64,000 nucleotides of DNA from a virus. Its lineage: Duplodnaviria; Caudoviricetes. Both the position numbers and the translations under genes were made by a program. Positions within the stretch are counted from its first letter, which is position 1, and every line of letters starts with the position of its first letter. This document shows positions 1-9,000 of the stretch, piece after piece. The stretch lies in IMG/VR virus record IMGVR_UViG_3300033177_000258, one strand, 5' to 3'. The notes under the pieces are model-generated. The model was not told the DNA's origin, did not search any database, and saw only the letters and a program-made list of their open reading frames with translations.

Positions 1-1
1 C

Positions 2-3000
2 CGCCGTGGCGCCGCCGCTCCGGGCTCAGACTCCCGCCGCGCACTCGCTGCCGAGCTCGGGGACATGCTCCGCATGCTGTCTGTGGCGGGCGCCCCGATG
101 TACGGCCAGGACACTCTGCAGTTTGCCACTGGTGGGGCGCGCGCGAGCGTGGCCAAGGGGGCCATCGGACAGTTCATAGCCAGCGCCGGCGCGGAGCTGG
201 GTACCATCATCGAATCCCTGCAGCAGGGCTCTCTCCCCATCATCGGCTACGAGGGCGGGCAGTTCCCCATGCGGCAGGTGCAGCGAGTGATGTCTCGTCT
301 GGGCCCCGGCGTCCAGACCAGGCCCGATAGTTTCGTCCGCCCGCTGCAGGCTCTCGTTTCCCAGAACATCCGCTCCTTCCGAGAGTTCCACTCCGGGGCC
401 GGCCGAGAATGGTTCAACGCCCTCAGCAAGGGCTCGGGCATGGGCGAGTTCTGGAAGCAGGACTCCTCCGGTGGCCGCTCCGGTAAGCGTTCAACTCCGC
501 TTGACGCCTGGCGCTTCTACTCATCGCTTCCGACAAGCGAAGAGGCGTTGGCGCTGGCCGCCGCCAACTACAGCGGCAGCGATACGGCGTTCGTGGCCGA
601 TGTGGCCAAGGCGTTCGAGAAGGCTGCGCCCGGCTTCTTCGATGAAAAGAAGGGTAAGGGCACGGTAGGCATCAACGAAGAGCAGATGAAGGCTCTCTCG
701 GGCCACTTCATCGAGTTCCGCCGCAAGGTGGCCGCCGAGTTCCGCGCCAACCCCACCGGCGCTGCCATGACGAACGCCAGGTCCCACTTCAGTTCCCTGA
801 TGGAATCTCTCGGCGGCCTGTTCCCTGGCAAGGAAGGCCCGTCCAATTGGGGGTCTGGTGGAGCCTACGTCAACCAGGCCATGCGGCTGTGGGGAGAGCG
901 CCTGGGAGTCCCGATGGGAGAAGGCGGCCTGGGCGGCGGGGTCCTGACGCCGCTGGCGCCAGAGTTCCTCACCCCGAGCTCGTTGGGCGTCCTGGCTTCT
1001 GGTCGTATGACCAGCGGCATGCCCAAGCTCTCAGGGATGGCTAACGCCAGCAGCATGATGGGGCTGTACAACCGCGACCCCTACTATGCCGCTCTCTTTG
1101 GCGGGGTTTCCAAGGCTAACCACAGGGGCTACGGCCTCCTGCGCCTGCACCAGGTTGCGTCCGGTATGAAGTACGGCGACACCAACCTCATCCAGGCCAT
1201 CACTGCCGCCAAGGGCGACCCGGCCAAGCTCGAAGCCATCGCCAATTTCTTCAGGACCCAGGCTGCCAATGTCCCATTCTTTGAGACCGGGGGTATGTCG
1301 CAGGGAGAGCTGACCAAGATGCTCCCCGGCCTGTCCCAGGAGCAGACCGGAAACCTGAGCCGACGCGGCCTTCTGGAAGCGTTCGGCGGCAACCTCACTA
1401 AGTACCTCGGAGCGCTCGGCGTGGGAGGTGGCGTCACCAACGCGGCCGCCCAACACCTGTCTCAGCTCTCGGGGATGCCTTTGCAAGACGTGATGAAGGA
1501 CGAGATGGGCGCCCTCACCAAGGCGTATGGCCTCTCGTCTGCCAAGCAGTTCATAACCCTAGACGACTTCATTTCCCAGTGGGCAGATGCTACCGGCCGC
1601 AGATACCGACCAGGCGGGGCTGGCATGCAGGAATTGCATGCTATGTCTGCCGGTCTCCACTCGGCCAAGGCTACAGGCGAACTGCCGCCCTGGGTTGTGG
1701 ATGATGCAAGTGTGCTGGCCCAAAGACACGGCGCGTGGCCAGCCGGCCAAATCACTGGAGAAGGTGGTTCCCTGATGAATGCCATCAATGAACACTACCC
1801 AGGAGAGTTCTCTTCTGGGGCGGGAGTGGGCATTGGCTCAGTTCCCGGAACCGTAGGTATCGGCTCGGGTGGTGCTTTCACCCTCGATGCCCTCATTGGG
1901 CCCATCAACCACCTGTCCCAGGCTATCGCCAGCCTGAGCCAGCAGATTGGCACCCTCACCGAGCGTGGTGGAAGCGCCGCCACCCCGCAGGTAGAACGTG
2001 GAAGCGTACAGTCGGTTGGAATTGCCCCGCCCACTCAGACGGGCGGCGGAGGCAGCGGAGGCGGCGGAGGTCAAACACCTCCTCCCGATGGCCGGGTTCG
2101 TCCCATCGCCCCCATGGGGGGCGGCAATAACGGCGGCGGCAACGGTGGCAGCGGTGACAACCCCCCACCGCCCGAAGATGGCGATTTCAAGCAGAGGGTC
2201 TGGGCATACGAAGAGAGCTTCAGGCTACAGCGTGAGCTGCAGAAGCAGTTTGACGCCCAGGCTGTGGGGGCCTTCCCGAAACTGGGTTCGGAGGATGTGT
2301 CGAGTGCTAGAAGGCAGTATGCCCAGAGCGTGGGGTACGGCCGCTTCGGGCGCCAGTACCAGGTTGGCTCGGAAGAAGCCAGCATCGGGCTAGAGTTCCG
2401 TCCCGACACCGAAGGCAATCTGCAGCGCGTCATTCGCGGCAACGCGAACGCCGCCAACATGGAGCAGGCCAGGGCGCAAGCCGAAGTGTACGCCAAGGAA
2501 TTGTTCAGCAACTACCACCCGTCTCGACCGGGTATGACCGCCGACGAAATCCGCGCCGAGCGCGCGGGCCACGCTCTTGATTACGGGTTCCTGGGCCAGT
2601 CAGTAGCCTCTGGCAAGGTGGGCCACGGCCTGGCATCAACGGCCGTAGACTACATCGCCACCGGCTCTGGAGTTCAGGTTGTGCCGCGCACTCCGTCCGG
2701 GATGATGCCGGTCAACCGGACTGACCTGCCGGGCGTCCTCCGGGCACTCGAAGCGGCAGAGAACGAGAAGATGCGGGAGAAGGCCCGCGAGAAGTTGGGC
2801 GCCAATGCTAGTGAAGCAGACATCGCCCGCGACATGCGCCGCGCACAATTGGAACGAGTTGGCGAGAACATCCGCCCCATCAATGTCGTGGACTCCTACG
2901 GGAACATGAACCGGCGCATGCTGCGCTGGGGAATCTCCGCCGACCCCAATGGGAGGGTCTCGCCCCATCTGCAGGATGTCGCTCCAGAAGGCAAGGTCTT

Positions 3001-6000
3001 CCGCTCATTCGATGAGGTTGCCACACACGCCCGCAACCTGAGCGCCGTGTTTGACGAGCTGGCCCGAGACGCTCGCGGCGCCGGCAACGCCATGACTGAT
3101 GAGGGCGCGTTCTACGGTGAAGTCGGCCGCGAGAAGATGCGGGTCGCGGGCCAAGAGGTTGGCGTGCGCTTCCTCCGCACTGCTGGCGGCGAAGTCATCG
3201 CGTCTCCAGAAATGGGACGCTCCATCCAGGCACTGCCCACACCCCAGGCACACGCTGAGGTCCAGAACCTGCTCAGGATGAGGGCCCAGGAAATCGAGAA
3301 GAGCCTGGACGCTCTCTCACAGGTTCCTGGCATCGGTAACCTGCGCAGCATGGGGCGTGTCTACGACAAGGTTCCGGTCCAGTGGACCAGCCCTGGCGGG
3401 CACACTCTCCTCGAACAGCAGTACAGCATGACGCAGACGGCTCGCGGCGTCAAGGCCATCCCTGAGCAGGGGCAGCTCGGCTTCGCTCGTGTGGGCGGAG
3501 ACATCACCAACGCCATCGAGAAGGTTGGTCTGTGGGCGGTAGCCACCGGCGCCGTCTACAACTTCATGGCGGCGGTTCGTGGCGCCTACAGCCTCATGAC
3601 CAAGTTCGAAGAAGAGCTGGCCACCAGCCGCGTTCTGCAGCCCGGCTACAGCGACCTGGGGCGCGTGCGCAAAGAGTTCATCGGCATCGCCAATGACTAC
3701 GGCCAGTCTCTGACCAACGTTACCCAGGCGGCTCACCTCTGGGAGCGCCAGTACAAGAACGTCTACCAGGTCCTGGAACTCACCCGCGAGAGCATCAAGC
3801 TCTCCAAGGTGGACAACATTGACTTGGCCCAGGCTAACAAGTACCTCGAAGCCACCATTAACGAAATGGGCTTCGCGGCATCTGATGTTGGCCGCATCGT
3901 TGATAGCTGGACCAACGTCACCAACAACGCCCAGGTTACGATGGAAGACCTGGCTGAGGGTGTGGCTCGGGCCGGCGCCTCGGCCAAGATGGCCGGCGTT
4001 GACTTCGACACGCTCAACGGTCTTATCGCTGGCGGCGTGCGCGCCACTGGCGCCGCTGGTTCCGAAATCGGGAACATGCTCAAGACCGTGTTCGCGAAGA
4101 TGTACACGACGGACGCGGCTCGTGAGCTCAACCAGATTGGTGTCGCCACTCATGAAGTCGTCAACGGCGTGCGAGAGTTGCGCCCGGCGCAGGAAATCTT
4201 GGGCGACCTGGCTAGCAAGTGGGGCACGCTCACCCGAGCTCAGCAGGAATCCATCGCCCTGGGTATGGCTGGTGGCGTAAGGCAGGTCAACCGCCTCTCC
4301 GCCGTTCTGGGCGACTACCGCACGGTTTTGGATGCTGCAGCCAGAAGCTCCGAGGGCTTCGGGGCTGCCAACCGAGAGGTAGGCATCCGAATGGACACCT
4401 TGGCGGGCCAGTTCGCCAAGCTCAAGGCCAATGTCCAAGGTGTCATGTCCAGCTCGTTCTTCGAGGGCGGCGGCCTCAATATTGCGCGAAGCGGCGTCAG
4501 CGTCGCGCAGAATGTCGTCGGCGCTGTAAGCGCAGCTCCGCCCATGGCTCAGGGCGTTCTTGTCAACTCCCTCTACGGCATCGCTGGTGTGACCGGCCTC
4601 AACATGATGTCCCGCATCTTTGGGGGAGAGGCCGCTCTCAACATGGGCCACTTACGCATGCTGGCCAACGCAGGCCGAGCAGTGGGTCCCGTAGGAGCTG
4701 TTGAGACCGGAGTTGGGGGCGTCATCAATGCAGGAGCCAAGGCGGTAGGCGCGGCTGGGTCAGCAGTTTCTGGGTGGCTGGGTCGCAACAGCTTCGGGCG
4801 AGCCCTGCAGGAGGGTTACCGCCTGACGGCTCGTTCCCCCATTGTCGCTGCCGAGGCGGCCGAGGCGGTAGCCGCTCGTGGCGCCGTGGAAGGCTTCACG
4901 AGTTCGCTTCTGGGTGGCACTTCTATCATCGGCGGCTTCATCGGCCACATCAAGAACATGAGCCGCGTCATGGCCATCGTGATATCCGCTGTCGGCCTGC
5001 TGACCGGGGTAGGGGTTGCCGCCCACTATCTGAAGACCACGCCCGAAGAGCGCGAAATCGAGCGGGTACAGAACCGCCAGATTCGCCTGCGGCCCCTCTA
5101 TGAGGCTCGCGAGCGGGTAGACCAAATCAACCAGGACGAACGCAAGTTCGGGGCTCTTGGTATCGCCCAAGTCATTGAGCGCGACGAGCTCCAGCGTCGC
5201 ATACAGGAACTCGGGTACAAGTTTGGAGTTGGCGATGGCAGCGGCGTTGTGGGGCTCGATAGCGCATCCAAGCAGGCCGCGCTCAACGCCTACGCTGGGG
5301 CTATCGGTGACATGAGCCGAGGCCGTGGCACCGAGCGCTTGTCTGCCCTTGGAGCCACAGTTAGAGGACTCACTACCTGGGTCCCCGCCAACGAAGGCGG
5401 CATGACCGGCATCCGTCAGTCGCTGGACCTGCGCGATATGGCGGTAACCATCGGCGGCCAAAAGGCCGGGGCAGACCCCAAGCTCCAGAACCAATTGATG
5501 GCTGGGCACATGGGTGAAGCTACCCGTGAAGTCGCTATGCGTCTCGGCATCGCGGCCCCTCAGTTGCGCCAAGACGCCTCTGTCTTCGAAATCTTCGAGT
5601 CTCTCAGTCCCAATCGGTATGTGGTCGAGGGAGACTCTGCTTTGGGCGCGTTCGGGCAGGCGGCACAGTCTGGCAAGGACGCCATGCTGTACTCCTGGCG
5701 GGGTTCCAACGACCGCCGCACCGACCGTCGCGTCTACTCGTTGGGTTGGGATAATGACGCCAAGCAGTACGCGCTCACCCAAGCCACAGAGAAGGGCGAC
5801 ACTTCCCTGGTCGGCCTCTTCAAGACAGTAGAAGAGGCGCAAAGGCACATTGCTGCCTCCGGCGACAACTTCAAGGCTATCGCCGGCGACCGCAAGGCCG
5901 AGCTGACATTCCAGGAAACCACCAAGTCTCTGGAAGTCTTTGATGACCGCATCAAGCGGCTGGGCCAGACCACGACCGAAGTCATGCGGGTCATGTCGTC

Positions 6001-9000
6001 CATCAACAAGCAGTTCACAACCAGTGGCGTAGCCGTTGGTGTGGGCGCCTACGGCTCCACCGCCGCGAGTCGGCTCACCGGCCCCATGGCTGGCGCCATG
6101 AACCAGATGTACGAGGCCCAGCAGCAGTACAATGAATCCATGGGCCAGGCGGCCCTCGCCCGGCGCAACCTGCAGTCTAGCATCATGAAACGGCGCCGCA
6201 AGGGCGACACCCGCAGTGATGAAGAGATTATCCGCGATGCTCGCGAGGACGCACGCGCCGCCAAGCAAAATCAGGCCGGCGCCGCAGACTACGTATCGCT
6301 GGAAATCTCCGAGGCAGACCAAGCTCTCAATGGTTATCTGGATAGTGCGCGCCGGGCGTTGGATGTCACCCGCCAGACGGCCGAGGCCCTGCGTGAAGCC
6401 GTCGAGAACATCAAGAGCCTCCAGGACTCATCGCTTGAGCTCTACAACGTGTGGAGCGAAGTGGGGCAGGCCGTCAAGGCGAGCCGAGACGCCGCGTGGG
6501 CGATGTACGAGGTGCAGAAGACCATGGCCGCAGACGCCATGGCGTCTTCCATGTCAGCGTCCATCGGACTCGGGGGCTCTCAGCACGAAGCCGCCTTGGC
6601 GCTTGACCGCAAGTACGAAGAGGCATCGTCGCGGGCCATCTCTCAGATTGCCGGCGCCTACGTTGGCGGGATGGCCGCAAACGCCCGAGCCTTTGGGGGC
6701 GAGATGCCCATGGGCATCAGGCTGCCCAGCTTCGCTCAGGGCGGTCCTTCTGCGTACTCGCTGCTGGAGAACCAGCTCTACGCATCCTCAGACTTGGCGG
6801 GAAGCGGAGCTTACAGCGGCGCGCCCGAGAATGTGCTGAACGAAGCCGCGATGACGTTCTACCGCGCTGTGGGCATCTTCGCTGGTGCGGTTGGGGCCCC
6901 CGGTGGAAGCACCGAGGGTGCTGACACGAGCAAGGGGCGTATCTTTGGGGCGGGGCTGGCCGAAGGCGGGTTCTCTGACCGCATCGTAGCTCAGTCTCCT
7001 CACAAGAGCAAGGACAGCTTCCTCGCCTGGCTCAACAAGGGCGAGTATGTGCTGCCTGCTGGCATGGCTGCCGTATTGGGCCCGGCACTGGAGCAGGGGC
7101 GCACCAAGGGCGGCACCGGCGCCCTGCTTGGCCTGCTGAGCGGTATCCGTGGGTACGCCGAAGGCGGCTACGTTTCTCCAGATGAAGAGACCGCGCGACG
7201 CTTCATTCAGCGAGGCCAGCGCTACGGCTCTGCTGCGGGTGAGATTCCGTTCGGTAGCGCGGCTCTTCGCCGCTCCCCGGACTTGCTCCTCCGCATTGCT
7301 GAGCAACTGAACACCGAACCGGGTCTGCTCCGAGATGGTTTCGACCCCACAGCCGGTAGCAGCTCACGTGCTTTGGCCGACCTGAACTGGCTCCTGCGGA
7401 AGGGCGGGGCGTTCGGCCCGCAGTACACTGATGTAATCAGGCAGCGGCTCGCCGATGCTGGCTTGCCCGCCGCGTCAAACGCAACGCGCTTCTCTCGCTT
7501 GGCGGAGCAGGCACAGGCTGCTGGCCGCTATCACAGTTGGCCTGCAACCACGCTTCGCCGTGTAGGCCCCGCCTGGGATAGCTTCCTGGGAACCATTGGT
7601 CGTGGCGAAGAGGCGTTCATGTCGGCTTACGAGCGCTCATCTGCGGCCCTGGGGCGCGGCTTCAACCGCATGGTAGGCGGTATCGGGGCCGGCATGGACC
7701 GCACATCGCAGTTCATCATGGGGAACGAGGCTGGGGACCTGTTCCCGCGCTTGGGTCGGGGCTTCAACCGTCTGACCTCACGACCTATGGCGTGGGGCCA
7801 GCGCGCCGCCGACTGGATGTTCGAGACTGAGGGCGGCTTCAGGCCAGCAATGGCCGGCATCGGTCGTCTGCGTGCCGGTGCTTCCGGTCGCCTCGACCGC
7901 CTGTCTCAATTCATCATGGGTAACGAGGCTGGGGACTTGTTCCCGAGCATGGGGCGGGGCTTCAACCGCTTGACGGAGCGGCCCATGGCTTGGGGGGACC
8001 AGGCTCTAGACTGGTTCACCAACACCAGCGGCGGCTTCGACCCGGCCTGGGCTGCGGCACGGCGTCTCGGCGGTGGCATCAGCCGCTTTGCCGGTAACGC
8101 GCTTGACCGCACCTCACAGTTCATCATGGGCAACGAGGCTGGGGACCTGTTCCCGCGCTTGGGTCGCGGCTTCAACAACATGATGCGCCGGCCTGGGCAG
8201 TGGGGCAACAGCGCGCTCAACTGGTTTGTCGAGAACGAAGGCGGGTTCCGCCCGCTGGCGTCTGGTGCGCGGCGTCTTGGGCGAGGCATTTCCAACGCCG
8301 CCTACCGCTTCCCTGAGTTCATCATGGGCAACGAGGCTGGGGACCTGTTCCCGCGCTTGGGTCGCGGCTTCAACAACATGATGCGCCGGCCTGGGCAGTG
8401 GGGCGACAGAGCTCTCAACTGGTTCCATGAGACCGAAGGCGGGTTCCGCCCGCTAGCGACCGGAGTTCGGCGTGGGTACGACTCGCTGCGCGGCGCGTGG
8501 ATGCGTCGCGGCGGCCTGCCCGCAGCGCTGCAAGAGCCCGTAGGAATCGGAAGCACCGAGCCCGCCATCGCGCGGCCGGCCATCGCTCCCGAAGCCCCGG
8601 CCCCAGTCCTGCGCCGCCCGCGCCGCCCGGCATCCATGATGCCGCCGTCCACCATGCCCGCAAGTGCTAGAGGCATGGGCGGCAGTGAGTTTGGCGCCAT
8701 GGTCGCCGAGCAGCGGAGACGCTATCGCAGTCAGTTCACGCTTACCCCAGAGCCGGCAGCACCCACTCTGCCTCCGGTGGGCAGCCGAGCCTACTACCAG
8801 ACAGCCCGCCAGTACGGAACTGGCTACAGGGGTCTCGCTGGTCGTCCGCTGCTGGACAACGAGATTGGCTACCTCCAGAGGCTGCCCGGCCGCTTGCAGG
8901 GCATGAGTCGCGAAGAGGCGCGAGGGCTCTACGATTCTGGAAGCCAGGCGTTCTTCGAGAGGACCGGGCGCGCCCCGGCTACTTCTTCTGAGCGCCGCAT

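Noticed and set aside
3317-6322. Long minus-strand ORFs (444 aa, 520 aa and similar ones elsewhere, e.g. 14270-15871, 57738-58787)
   Set aside because: They are antisense shadows of high-GC coding genes, with no motifs or RBS.
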